Shown here: positions 1 through 13,505 of the stretch, piece after piece
Layout of the letters: the number at the start of each line of letters is the position of its first letter
Position numbering within the stretch: the stretch's first letter is position 1
Source of the DNA: Octopus vulgaris
Lineage: Eukaryota
Direction of reading: 5' to 3'
Length of the DNA: 64,000 nt
Assembly (NCBI GenBank): GCA_951406725.2
Contig: OX597828.1
Location: forward strand, 50,654,001 to 50,718,000
The notes under the pieces: generated by a model
What the model was told of the DNA's origin: nothing
Seen by the model: the letters and a program-made list of their open reading frames with translations, nothing else
The model's database searches: none
Position numbers and translations under genes: made by a program

Positions 1-1
1 A

Positions 2-71
<70 letters not shown>

Positions 72-84
72 CACAAACACACAT

Positions 85-127
<43 letters not shown>

Positions 128-443
128 TATATAATGTATATATGTTTATACATTTGCGGATATATGTGCGGGCATGTATTATGTTCCGCTTATATGTGCA
201 AGGATAACAGATTTTTAGTTTATACACACACACACACACACACATATAAATATATACTTACATTTATATATATATATATACCCACATATACATACGTATA
301 TGTATGTATATAATTCATATATTCGCACATACATATATATATATGTGTATATATATATATATATGCATATATATCTATACATATATATTTATTCATATAC
401 ACATAAAAATATATTTTTATTTATATATATGCATGTATGTATA

Positions 444-484
<41 letters not shown>

Positions 485-520
485 CATACCCGTATACGTA
501 CAGACACACACACAGATATG
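1..520. repeat. compound (ACAT)n/(TA)n/(CA)n microsatellite field
   Basis: direct inspection. Confidence 0.95.
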
Positions 521-841
521 TATACAGATAAAGGCGGAGAGGTGGAGAGGCGCGGATAATACATAAATAATGATGCGGTAAATAATAAACCAGTTTTTAA
601 AACTTTGTTTATTAATCATCATTTGTTGGTTGAAATGAATTTTTTTTCTCTTCTTCTCACATCTCCTCATCCTCTGTCTGTCAATACTCCACCTCGCTTT
701 CTCTTTTAAAACCAAGCACTTCCCCACTCCCCTCTCTTTCTCCCTCACTCTCCCCCAGCAAAACCACTTCTTTCTCTGCAGTGATGTCTCCACTCACTCC
801 CGCCTAACGATACATAACCCTTTGTAATATATTGTAGAAAG

Positions 842-906
842 CCACCACCACCACCACCACCACCACCACCACCACCACCACCACCACCACCACCACCACC
901 ACCACC

Positions 907-955
<49 letters not shown>

Positions 956-979
956 AAACAACAACAACAGTAACAACAA
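842..979. repeat. (CCA)n followed by (CAA)n microsatellite
   Basis: direct inspection. Confidence 0.95.
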
Positions 980-1280
980 AGACAATTAAGGCAAAAACAA
1001 CATAAACAAAATCTTCTAATATTTATTTTAATTTATGCTAGCACTGAATTTGCATAAAAATTTTTAATAAAGTGAATTTAAAAACAAAAGAGATTTTATA
1101 CTTTTAAGTGAAATGTTATATTTACGCCATCCATCCATATACCCATACATACACACGAATACATATACATACTGATATATCAGCAGGTACATACATACAT
1201 GCGTACATACATGCATACACACATTCATTCATACATACACGCATACATACATACATACATGCATAATACATACATTCACG

Positions 1281-1312
<32 letters not shown>

Positions 1313-1699
1313 CATACATACATGCATAATACATAAATACATACATTCATTCATACATACATACATGCATACACACATATATACACATCCCTATATACAT
1401 ACATTCATACACACGTACATTCATATATATATACATATACAATATATACATTTATACAAATATACATACATATATACAAATATGCACACATACTTACATT
1501 CATACATATATACAAATATGCATACGTGTGTACATACATATATACGTACATACACACACAAGCACATATACATGCGTAGGCAAGTACGACGCGCAAGCAC
1601 CCTGTTAAAGCAGGTTAATACTTAAATCTTTTACAAGAAAAAAATCTACTGACGCAACAGCAAGGTCCGCTGGATGCTGTAGCCAGTGTGCAGACATGA

Positions 1700-1775
1700 A
1701 AGCAACAAAAAGCTTTCAGTCAAACTGTAACATCCCTTATCCTTCACTCGCACCAAAACACTGGGTGTATCTAAT
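1700..1775 (+). mobile_element. isolated 3' UTR fragment of the R4/Dong-like LINE
   Basis: aagctttcagtcaaactgtaacatcccttatccttcactcg...ctgggtgt matches ~4166-4225 of the LINE below; followed by (TAA)/(TGA) repeats. Confidence 0.7.
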
Positions 1776-1828
1776 AGTTAATAATAATGATGATGATGAT
1801 GATGATGGTGATGGCAGATGATGATGAT

Positions 1829-2044
1829 GGCAGAAACGTTAGCACGCCAGGCGAAATGCTTAGCGGTATTTCGTCTGCCGCTACGTTATGAGTTCAAATT
1901 CCGCCGAGATCGACTCGGCCTTTCATCCTTTCGGGGTCGATTAAATAAGTACCAGTTACGCACTGGGGTCGATGTAATCGACTTAATCCGGTTGTCTGTC
2001 CTTGTTTGTCCCCTCTGTGTTTATCCCCGTGTGGGTAGTAAAGA

Positions 2045-2047
<3 letters not shown>
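1829..2047 (+). mobile_element. tRNA-derived SINE, family B
   Basis: head tggcagaaacgttagcac, B-box gagttcaaattcc, central gcctttcatcctttcggggtcgat; about ten copies in the window. Confidence 0.85.

Positions 2048-2127
<80 letters not shown>
2047..2127. repeat. (TAA)n microsatellite
   Basis: direct inspection. Confidence 0.95.
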
Positions 2128-4270
2128 GTTCTTAAAGACTATCATGCCATGTATCCCCCACAAATAAATCTAATACTGTACAAAACTACTTAAACTGGAG
2201 ACAGAAACAACTTCAAGTAATACCCTACATTGGCAGTAACAAAATTCTCAATGGCAGAAGAAACATTATGAAAAAGAAACTACAAACTGAATCAGAGATT
2301 GACCAAATTAAACAATCAGTAAAGAATAAAAGTAAGGAAGCTGCAACTAAAGGAGGAAATAATTATAGAGCAATCCAGGTTTGATGAACATTCAGTAATG
2401 ATTGAAAGAGTTAATGTAACTGATAGGCAAAGTAAAATACTCTCTGAACCAACCATAAGCACTAAGGCAGATGAAAATCAAATAGATGAAGAAAGTCACA
2501 CAGAAATCGACCAAAAAGAACTATGTGATCTAAAAATCAAATCATGATTGAATGTTTGAAAATTAAAGAAACCAGTATGAGAGAACGCGACACTCTCCCA
2601 AAACTTCGCAATTCTAACCAAAACCTGAAAGTAATTGGTGAAATCCACGTTAAACTTAAGGATATATTTTCAGCTAACGATGTTGATTTTACAGATCTCA
2701 ACCACCTGTACTATGCATCCGGGAAATTCTCAACGATTCTATGTGGTGAAAAGATTAGAACACGACAACATTCCCACAAAAAGCCTACCTGGCAAGAGCG
2801 TGTTCTACACCAAATTCAGCTACTTAGGTCTGACATAGAATGTTTAAAAGACCTTAAGTTTGACAAAGCTATCAAACCAGCAAAAATCCGAAAATTAAAG
2901 AAAAAATATAATATGAAAACCATACTTGATATCGATACCCCCATAGAAACTATTAAACACAAGGTATACCGAATAGCAAGGCATGAAAGGTATGAAAAGC
3001 GTGTTAAAAATAACCCAAAAAATGTTTACAGGAAGCTAGGGAAATATCAGTTACAATAAAGTCAGCCCTATCAAAAGAAGTACAGGAATTTAATAATAAA
3101 ATATGGGCAGAAGAAAAAACACAATGAAAAGGCTCTTTGGATTAATAGCATATCTATAGACTTAGAGTCCTTAGAAGAGCAAAAGTGGGAGGGTATCAAG
3201 AAAGGGAATGTAAGATCTGCTCCCAGGAAGTCAAGCAAATGGAAGTCTCCAGAAAAGGATAGAATTCCTTACTTCTGGTTGAATACCTTCCCAGAGAGCC
3301 ATGAACTGCTTACGAAATTTACAACAATGTTTTGCAAAGACCTAGTATGATTCCCTCTTGGTTAGTTATTGGTTTAACATTCACACTTCCAAAAAATGAA
3401 GAAACAATGGACCAAAAAATTATAGACCCATAACCTGCTTAGCAACAATGTATAAGATATTAATATCTGCCTTGACTGAATATACCTATGGTTTTTAAAG
3501 AGAAAGTGGCGTATTCCATAATTAACAAAAAGGATGTAAACGTGGGTCATATGGTCAGCTACTTATCAATAAGATGATCTTGGAAGATTGTCACAAACGA
3601 CACAAAAACTTGTCCATAGCTCTATAAAAATACTTCTGGTAGTCTGCCACATAGCTGGATTAAGAAATGTCTGGAAATGTATAAAATAGCACCCACTCCG
3701 CGAAATTTTTGTCTGTAAGCAGGAGATCATGGAGAACAACACTGACTTTGAACATAATCATGAGCCAGTCGTTGAAGGTAAACATGTCACTATCCTCTCG
3801 GATTTTTCCAGTCAACACCGATAAAACTATCCATGCTAATCGACCAGACATAGTCATTAAAGACAGAAAATGTGTTCCTATATATAAAAATATATCAGTA
3901 AAGAAATTCGACAAATTAAATAATAGGACTTGGAAATTGAAATACAAAAGATGTGGCATCTTAAAGCGAGAACCTGTTATATTGGGTGCCCTTGGTATGA
4001 TAAGAAAGAGATGTCAGAAACATTTAGATAATATCCCAGGAGAACCATGTTTCAGAGAAATCCAAAAGACTGTGTTGACAAGTACCGCTCACATCCTTAG
4101 AAAATCCTATCAATTTAAATGTATGTGTTGTATTACCTGAAGATATTTTGCCACTTCCCCTCTCCAAGCTTTCAGTCATACTGTAACATGTCTTATCCTT
4201 CACTCGTTCTAGGACGCTGGGTGTGTCTCGGCGAGTGATTGTAACAAACATGCAGATTGAAAGTAAATAA
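2128..4270 (+). mobile_element. decayed, internally deleted non-LTR retrotransposon with RT and restriction-like endonuclease (R4/Dong-like)
   Basis: frameshifted motifs WKSPEKDRIPYFWLNTF, NYRPITCLATMYKIL, QKGCKRGSYG-QLLINKMILEDC, SLPHSWI, DKTIHANRPDIVIKD, PVILGALGMI, IQKTVLTSTAHILRK; RT core between ~3750 and ~3790 is missing. Confidence 0.85.
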
Positions 4271-6712
4271 TTACAGCTTTAAATGTTAGCACAAATACAT
4301 TTATTAGACACATTTTATGGATAGTGTAGATTCGATTTAGATTGACCTTAGTGAAATTTAATTGACTTTAGTACGTGACCGGTTCATCTGCATTAATTCA
4401 ATTCATTTGCATGAGAAATATTAACCTTCTATTTTCAATTTTCGAGTACCTTTAGAAACGAGGAAGAAATCCACATATTCTTCAGAGTTGATTTTTTAAA
4501 ATTCTTTGTATTGAATTACGGATGAAAAAAGAAAAGAAGAGAAAAGAAAAGAAGAAAAATAAGTGTTTTGTCATTGCTGAGAGTTATAATTTGAATAATT
4601 GTAAAATTGAATCTGAAAGCTCCCATAGTGTCTAAAATAATTTACTTTTCTGCCACTACACATGAATATACATACATACATACATACATACATACATAAA
4701 TATATACATACATACATACACACATACATAATACATACATACATACATACATACATACATACATACATACACACATACATACATATATGCATGTATACAT
4801 ATATACATGAATACATAATACATGTTTTTGTATGAATGCACGTACACCCAACTGTTTTGCATAACGCGCGAAATGCCAAAATCACATGTGCTTGCAAACA
4901 CACACACACACATACACAGATATGTATTATATATGTTTTATTTATACACATATATACTTACAAACATATATGCATACATTTAAGCATATACACACCCACA
5001 GCATTCATCTATCACCTGTCTATCTCTGTTTCTCTCTATATATCTCTGTTTCTATCCCTGTCTCTGTCTGTCTCTCTCCCTCCTTCCCTCCACCCAATCT
5101 CTAATTATATATATGTATATATATATATATATATATACAGTTATTTTCACACACACTACGTAATATAACATGCAAGATTTGAACAGCTTCTTTCAAAAAT
5201 AAAAGCGAACACGGCATGGCGCCATGAAGGTATTTCATCAACAGCACCAATACGCAATTATTACACATGTCAAGTTAACTCACTTCAACTACACAGTCTC
5301 TTTACATGAATGAAACAAAATTAAATCCGTTAAAATTATTAAAAATGCTAAACCTCACATTTTAGATGTTGCTGTTTAAGTCTGATTGAATACGCTTATG
5401 ATCAAAGATTGCCACTCGTGATCATCTGGTGCGATCTCATAATATTCTTTCCGAATCTTTAGATGATATCTAATATGAATAGTAACGCTATCTATAAATT
5501 CAGGAATTATTTAATAAAGATATTTAACAGGTAAGGCTTAAATAGAACTGTGTATAATGATGAAATGATAGACAATGTTCTACATATACCTGGCTTAAAG
5601 ACAAGTAAGCACTACCTGTATGGAAAACTGAACAAACACATAATTTATAACCATAAACATTCACCAGTGAAAGTTGGGAAATATGTCATCGGAATAGAAG
5701 CAGATTGCCCTTTAATATAGTGTCACGCTTATATTTTTTACAATTGGCTGCGCCGTAAATTTAGCTTATACGTATTGGTACCTATCCGTTATATCTGGTT
5801 TATGTGGTGCAATCCATCAAACAACATAAAACTCACTACAAAGACAGGAAGTTTCAAAAACTAATGCAACATGCTATGCCTTTCACTTGCAAATATCGTA
5901 TGCTCTTAACTTACACAATGTTTAAGTTAGTTACTGGTGTCTCGAAAACATAATTTCCCAGATCAATCAATACAACGAGAAAGATTCCCTTCACCGAGAA
6001 ACCATCACAGCGACCATGCTACTTCTCTCTCCGTCTCGCATTGTGCGTATTCGTTATTGCTCGTCTCTTGGTCCTTTACAGACTCTATCTCTCATAATCA
6101 CGCTTCCTCCCCCTCCCTGTCTCACACACAATTACGCAATTCGTTACAACCATTACTGCGAGCTGTTTCCCAAATTCAACACTCCTTTTCTGTCATCTCG
6201 ACTGAAAATTTCGACTACGGCATCTTAGTCCCTTCCGTCTATACGTTTATGCTTCTACCAGGTGATGTTTGTCCCGTTCTACGTCGAATAACAACCATAG
6301 TTATTTCAGATATATAACAGTTATGAATATATATATATATATATATATACATTCATCTATCACCTGTCTATCTCTGTTTCTCTCTCTATATCTCTGTTTC
6401 TATCCCTGTCTCTGTCTGTCTCTCTCCCTCCTTATATATATATATATATATATACATACATATATATGAGCGTGTGTACCTGTGTGTGTCTATCTTTTAT
6501 TACTGTATTCATTATTTCTGTCCGTACGTTGTTGCTCTTTACTTTTTTGTCTTTGTCCATCAGCTCAGTGATATTTCCTACCTCCCTGGCGCTACAATGC
6601 CAACACAACCATGGAATTCATTATGACAATATTTCAAGAATGCAGTGCATCACGGAGTATGTACGTATGTGTGTGCTTGCATATGTACACATACACACAC
6701 AAATATATATAT

Positions 6713-6758
<46 letters not shown>

Positions 6759-7309
6759 CAAGAGAGAGAGAGAGATAAAGTAAGATAGACGGAGAAACAG
6801 AAAGAGAAAGAGCAACATAAAGACATGGAGAGAATAAATAACAAGCTAACTTGGAAGTAATATGGACGACATTTTCTCTTGAAATAATTATATATTAATT
6901 ATCAATTTAAACAGTTAAAGTTAAGTAATTAACACTGTGACCCATGCATGAGATAAACAAACCTTACAAACCTTCAGTAAAACTTATTGATTTATCAGAA
7001 AAGAGCATATTACTTAGTGAACGCCGGAAGAGCTCATCCTCTGCTGCATCTCATTCGCTGTTCTAATATTTCTGGCTGTTGATTTGATACTAGGTTAAAT
7101 AATTTGGTCAAATTATTATAAAACATTTGAGCTCTCGTTGGGATTTGGAGTACTATGATCGTTGTTGACGTTGTTATTGTAGTTGCGGTTGTTGCCGCAT
7201 GTCTTTCCTCTCCCACGTCGTTACTTAAGAAGCTCCGAGGTCAGCGCTGCAGATTTGTCAAACAGCCGCTATTTGTACACGCTCTCAACTTCACCTGGCA
7301 GTGAGCTCA

Positions 7310-7686
7310 ATCTGTCCCTCCCTCTCTTTATCTCTCTATGTCTGTCTGTCTGTGTGTCTGTCTGTCAGTCTGTACGTCTGCCTGCCTGTCTGTCTATTTC
7401 TCTCTGTCTGTCTTTCTTTGTGTCTCTCTGTCTTTGTCTTTGTCTCTCTGTTTGTCTCTGTCTCTCTCTGTGTCTCTCTCGTGCCTCTCTCTCTTTCTCT
7501 GTCTCTCTGTTTATGTCTCTATATATCTCTGTCTGTTTCTCTCGTCTCTCTCTCTCTCTTTCTCTGTCTGTCTGTCTTTGTCTCTATTTCTCTCTGTCTT
7601 TGTCTCTCTGTTTGTCTCTGCCTCTCTCTGTGTCTCTCTCATGCCTCTCTCTCTTTCTCTGTCTATATATCTGTCTGTCTGGCTGC

Positions 7687-7717
<31 letters not shown>

Positions 7718-7738
7718 CGTCTCTCTCTTTTCTCTCTA
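7310..7738. repeat. CT/CTGT-rich compound low-complexity tract
   Basis: direct inspection. Confidence 0.9.
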
Positions 7739-8503
7739 CGGTTTAGCAGCAACAAAAAGGAAGAAAAAGAAAGAAAGAAGAGTAGAACAGTGTTGATCAA
7801 GTTTCGATCCTTTACGCAATATTGCAAGAAAAACTTAACATTATGTGGAGACATCTCCATGCAACTGGTTACGTGGGAACTCGGAAACAGCGATATAAGG
7901 TCGCAGGGAAGATTGCAACAAAACTTTGTGTTGAATAATGAAAGTCAAGATTCCTCATTTGTAACTTTATATATTGCTGCAAACATGCGCAGCAGTCGTT
8001 TTGGTTTTGATGGAGTGTTAATCAACCTCACAACACGAAAGGCATATGCCAGAGTCGATTGGTACTAATTTCTCCTCAGTTGGAACCAATTCACTACTAA
8101 ACCTATCTCTTATCTTTCTTTTAAGTAGTAGAACACGAATTCAAGATTTCCCAAAGGTTGAAATCTCATTTATCCAATCATAGCGTCTGCATTACATGAT
8201 GAGTGATGTAATTGGAAAACATTAACCGATTCTCTTTTCAGATTGTGTATTAGCTATTACATCAATATTCTGGCTTCGAAATCAATACTTTTATTGAAAC
8301 GATCTGATTACAGTCAGTATAAACAGCACTGGCTTGGCTCTAGTTTCGTATTTCTCCTGTTGTTGTAGAATGATGATATGAACTACAGAAATACTTGCAG
8401 TACAGCATGTAATTATAACTTAGTAATCAAAATGGAATCCTTATTATAATTATAATTAATTATATTTTTAGATTGAAATTCTTTATCGAATACGAAACTA
8501 GTA

Positions 8504-9004
8504 TCAGGTCATCCCATAAGTTCTGTCCGATTTTACCCATTTTTAAAATTGAATGAAATTTAATAGTATTTTAGAATGTCTAATGGAAGGAAAAACATAT
8601 TTTTATGCATTTAAACTAATTAAATATTATTTTAGAGAATAATTGAATTAAAATTTCTTTAATTAAAACCCTTCCGAACATGGAAGTATCCAAAGAGCAT
8701 TTGAGGCACATAATGCTTTATGAGTACAAAAAAGGAAACTCTGTAGTAAAAGTGACTCGAAACATACGCTCAGTTTATGGGAAAGAATGCTTGAATGAAA
8801 GAACTTGCAGAAGATGGTTTGCAAAATTCAGAAGTGGAGATTTCAGCCTTTTACATTGATGGGATTACAAAGCTTGTAAATAGATGGAAGGAAGTCATAG
8901 ATAATCAGGGAAAGTACATTGATGATTAAATTTCAATTAAATATAATATTTGATCACTTGTTTTCTTTATGCAAAATTCGGAGAGAACTTATAGGATGAC
9001 CTGA
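8504..9004 (+). mobile_element. complete non-autonomous mariner (internal deletion derivative) with TIRs and TA target duplication
   Basis: TA|TCAGGTCATCCCATAAGTTCTGTCCGATTT ... AATTCGGAGAGAACTTATAGGATGACCTGA|TA; transposase N-terminus MEVSKEHLRHIMLYEYKKG...RRWFAKFRSGDFSL from 8680, joined out of frame to C-terminus FYIDGITKLVNRWKEVIDNQGKYIDD*. Confidence 0.92.
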
Positions 9005-9355
9005 TAGACAAATATTTGAAAAGGCTTAGCTGTATTATAATAACACTTTACATGAGAACAGGTTATGAAATCACTTATCAAATCTTTGATAAACCAACTT
9101 TCCAACTATCTGGTCGAAAGAATAGGTCCCGCAATATTTTATGGTTCATCCCTCCCTTCTCCCTAAATTTTAGAACAAGGGATGACCTGATATTTTTGCT
9201 CACAGAACATGATTTTCTATCTGAATTGAAAATATTTTATCACATTTCTACTCTTAATCTTCTTGGGAACGGGATGAAGCAGACATAATCCTCATTAATA
9301 ATACCCTTAAAATGAAATTGTCGAATTACGTTGCGATATTAAGGAAGATAACAAA

Positions 9356-9535
9356 GCAGTGAGTTGGCAGTATCGTTCGCACGCCTGACAAAATACTTAA
9401 ATTTCACCGGTATCATCTTTGCTTTTCATCCTTTCGGGATCGATAAAAGAAGTACAAGATGAGTACTGAGGTGGATGTAATCGACTTATTCCTCCTTCGA
9501 AATTGCTGGCCTTGTGCGAAAATTTGAAAGCAATA
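9356..9535 (+). mobile_element. SINE family B, degraded
   Basis: ttttcatcctttcgggatcgataaaagaagtac...gatgtaatcgactt. Confidence 0.7.
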
Positions 9536-10619
9536 TCAAGGATTTTGAATCAATCTCGCTCCATTTACACTAAATAAACATAAATTATTGGGACAGAAAA
9601 AAAAATGGATGTAATAGATCGCCATAATAATATTCGAGACATTGGTCAGACAATAGACATAAATAGTTTTGTAAGCTGAACGTCGAAAGCCATAATTTAG
9701 ATATTTCAATTACTGGTCGCTGCTTTCAAATTAATACAGTTAAATAACTCATTTTCAATCTATTCTGTTTTCTACCTATAAAATAACCCGGTATCTTGTA
9801 ATTATAAAATATAATTATACTATTTATCTTAGAATAGGTCTTATTAATGCAGTCTTGAGATTTATTACTCAGTCTCCTCAACGAATTAGAACTTTGTGAA
9901 TGTATTTACATAATATGAACTGACAGCATACAAGTAGACCGATACAAGTTGACAGATGTTAAGAAATTTACAAGGTGTTTCTCATTTGAAATAATTGCTT
10001 TCTTATTAATCCAAGACTTTCTACGATATCAGTAATGGCTGTCATCAATTATTTATAGTATTTATACAATATTAATAAATATTTCAGTTTTCTATTCTTC
10101 AATAGTTTATTCAATAGAGCAAAGATAGCGGCCATGGCATTTTTCAGAAGCTTCGAGACTTAAAGAAATGGAAATGTCATACTTAGACCGGAACCCCGAA
10201 TTGTTAAAGCAGAGTGGATTCTCTTTAAAACATCTGAGAGAGACAGATTAAGTCCACTTCCCACGAACAGGTTCGAACCCTAGGATCAGATTTTACACAG
10301 TTTCTCTCCACCAAATTCCACTCACAAAGCTTTGATCGAATCAAGGTTTTGGTAGATGAGACTTCGTTGCGTGTCGAATTTGCCGCTCAATATTTAACCA
10401 CTGTCTTCTTAGTTCAGAAGTGAACTACTTAACAACACACGAAAATATGTGCGCCTTTTCTGCCAGACTTGCCCACATAAATTAAGATAAAATCTATGAC
10501 TTTAATCGATATATTTAATCTAAATCACATTTCCCCTCATTATTGATAAAAAAACCCCTCATCTGAGACTCTCGACAGTTGGAGATCAAGTTTAGTTTTG
10601 AAGACATCTACACACACAC

Positions 10620-11400
10620 CATGTATTTCACTCTAATCCTTCGGAAAGATATTGAAGAGCTTTGGACCTTTGCATCCCAAGCTATTGTAGTGCTTGTTCC
10701 TGTATTTTCACGGCAGGTTCGGCATTTTAGGCTTCTATGCAATGACGCCTAAAGGTTAAGAGCAAAGTCTTAACATCTTGAATCTTTCCGAGTAGCTAAT
10801 CTACTGCGTTGAGGCGATCTTCTTCGTATAAATTAGCTCGACTGATTCGAGTTCTTCTGTTCATTTCACACAATGGGGTGACCATAGTTGGGAGCAATAG
10901 TTATAGCAGCTTAGGACAAAAGTTCTCTAGAAGGCCATCCTAGTGTCCTGCTCCCCTGTTCTGAAAGTTCTAAGAATCCATCCGGTCAGCTGTTTGCATT
11001 TCATTGCCATATTAGTAATATGAAAACGGAAGGATGCCTCACCACTCAAGTCAATGCCCAGATCACGCAATGATTGTGAATTTCGAACACCGATCGTTCT
11101 AGGTCTAGTGTATTTTCTTTGCGTTGCATTTAATTTTGTCTGACGATAGCGTAGGGCTTGAAACTTCACAGCATTAAACTGCATGTTATTACCGTCAACC
11201 CACTTATATTCTGAATCTGGCTCCTGTTACAGAGGCATGTCAACTTTAGGATTTTGTATTACAAGTGAAATATTTCTTTCATCTGCATAACTTGTGGAGA
11301 TGTCTATCCCCGTGGATGAGGACGTATCTGAAAGAGCCACTATGAAAAGGAATGTCCCCAAAAGAGTGGAAAACCTCTCGCTATTCATGTTTCCCATTTG
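10620..11400 (-). mobile_element. decayed CR1/L2/Jockey-type LINE RT C-terminal fragment
   Basis: LGTFLFIVALSD...SYADE (YADD-like), MQFNAVKFQALRY, SLRDLGIDLS, GWILRTFRT, YCSQLWSPH. Confidence 0.8.
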
Positions 11401-11642
11401 CGCGCGCGTCCATGCAGACGCACGCAAACACACATATATATATATGCTCATAAGTATTTGATTTTGTGTTCAGTTACAATAAAAACAATTTTACATTAAT
11501 CTGAAGGCTACTTTTGTAGCGTACAAAAGTTATCATTCTTAAACAAGAATAATTTTGACACAGTGACTTTTCGGTTAGATAAACCATCGCCCGGCAATAG
11601 ATCAATCGGCCGAAACACCGAATTCACTGTCAATAATATTCT

Positions 11643-11694
<52 letters not shown>

Positions 11695-11696
<2 letters not shown>

Positions 11697-12235
11697 TAAA
11701 AAATGGAGTTAACGCAGGTTTAAACAAGTATTTTTACTTTCTACACATGTTTCGAAAATTCCACTGATACTATTCAAAAGAATAAATGGTATAAACAATG
11801 CAATCTTCTCTTCGGGAAAGTGAAAAAAAACGAAACTCGTCAATACGACATTTTAGCCAAAAATGATGGATTTGTATAGCGATAGACAGAACGCTATTGA
11901 TATTGTTTAAAAAAACGTTATATGATAAAACGTCATAAGTAGCTAACAGAAAGAGTAGGGATATTAATAGTGAATGTTAAATATAAAGGAAATTAAAGTT
12001 TAAATTATATATAATGATAGAGACTACTTATATGCACTAAATGTATGTTTCTGCCAATGGTTACATCTGTATGCTCGTTCTATAACCGTGTTTACTAGAG
12101 TATTTTTAGAAAAAATAATGAAAAATAGCTCAGAATTGCAGAGAAGACAGAATTTCTTGCCTTTGTCATATGGTATCGAAATTGAGAGGATCAACCATTC
12201 ATTTGCTGCCCTGGTAACTATTTATTTATTTTTCC
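11695..12235 (-). mobile_element. Penelope-like element 3' fragment (GIY-YIG C-terminus plus HHR-bearing terminal region)
   Basis: minus strand WLILSISIPYDKGKKFCLLCNSELFFII...RAYRCNH resembles the W..L....Y....C.LC..E...I...C.H tail of PLE endonucleases; HHR motif downstream; flanked by (TA)n. Confidence 0.7.
11736..11821 (-). ncRNA. type I hammerhead-like motif with long stem II and CCGAAGA core
   Basis: actttc-CCGAAGA-gaagatt...aattttc-GAAAC-atgt-GTA-gaaagt: stem I 6 bp, stem II base 7 bp, GUA triplet. Confidence 0.65.
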
Positions 12236-12350
12236 GTGTTAATTGTTAACAAGGTAAAAATACACTCATCTATTTATAATATATCTATATATATATATAT
12301 ATGTATCTATATATATCTATATCTATATCTATATACACATACACACACAC

Positions 12351-12411
<61 letters not shown>

Positions 12412-12519
12412 GGCGCAGGAGTGGATGTGTGGTAAGAAGCTTGCATGTTCAGCCCTGTGAATGGATTTCATAGACGGAAGTTGAAATAAGCCCGTCGAAT
12501 ACATACATATATATATGCT

Positions 12520-12742
12520 TTCAACATGTGATCTCTTGAGCACCACCAGCTCAAATATTTTCTCCTCTGTCTTCCCTTCTTGGGATCTTTCCTTCTCCTT
12601 GTTTCCGACGAAGAGCTCCGCTCGAAACGTTAAACCCTCCTTCCCTTCTTTCCTGAGCGTCAATAATACTTTAATTGTTCCACGTCCTGCGTTGCTGTGT
12701 TTTTTTCTTTTTTTCTGTGTTTTCTTGTTTGGATTAACTTTA
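12520..12742 (+). mobile_element. short PLE-terminal-like repeat carrying a minimal hammerhead motif (12601-12635)
   Basis: gttt-CCGACGA-a-gagc tcc gctc-GAAAC-GTT-aaac; near-identical copy at 44784-44990, diverged relatives at 47680-47870 and 50620-50830; ends in (TA)n. Confidence 0.7.
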
Positions 12743-12779
12743 TATATATATACATACATGAACAAGTATATGACACGTT

Positions 12780-13070
12780 GTCAGTTACGACAAGGTTCCC
12801 AGTTGATCCGATCAACGGAACAACCTGCTCGTGAAAATAATGTGCAAGGGGCTAAGCACTCCACAGACACGTGTACACTTAACGTAGTTCAGCGTGACAC
12901 TGAATGCGACAAGGCCGACCCTTTGAATTACATACAGGTGCAGCTCATTTTTTGCTAGCTGAGTGGGATGGAGCAACGCAAAATAAAGTGTGTTGCTCAA
13001 AGAGAACGTGCCGCCGATAGTCGAACTCACGATCATGGGCCAATTACTCTAACCACTAAGTCACGCACCA
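12780..13070 (-). mobile_element. SINE related to family C (shared 3' region)
   Basis: gttgatccgatcaacggaacaacctgctcg...cagacacgtgtac shared with 38840-38990; tRNA-like head on the minus strand near 13020-13065. Confidence 0.65.
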
Positions 13071-13139
13071 TCTCAAACATTTATATATAGAAATTATAAA
13101 TATACAAATATGTAGAAAATATATATCAGGAAATATATA

Positions 13140-13505
13140 GGCGCAGGAGTGGCTGTGTGGTAAGTAGCTTGCTAACCAACCACATGGTTCCGGGTTCAGT
13201 CCCACTGCGTGGCATCTTGGGCAATTGTCTTCTGCTATAGCCCCGGGCCGACCAATGCCTTGTGAGTGGATTTGGTAGACGGAAACTGAAAGAAGCCTGT
13301 CGTATATATGTATATGTATGTGTTTGTGTGTTTGTCTCCCTAGCATTGCTTAACAACCGATGCTGGTGTGTTTACGTCCCCGTCACTTAGCGCTTAGAAT
13401 AAGTACTAGGCTTACAAAGAATAAGTCCCGGGGTCGATTTGCTCGGCTAAAGGCGGTGCTCCAGCATGGCCGCAGTCAAATGACTGAAACAAGTAAAAGA
13501 GAAAA
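13140..13505 (+). mobile_element. tRNA-derived SINE, family A
   Basis: ggcgcaggagtggctgtgtggtaag (A box), ggttcagtccc (B box), cttgggcaa core, internal microsatellite, tail gactgaaacaagtaaaagag. Confidence 0.9.

Noticed and set aside
7301-8068. 255-aa ORF
   Set aside because: More than half is CT/CTGT repeat and the rest has no recognisable domain.
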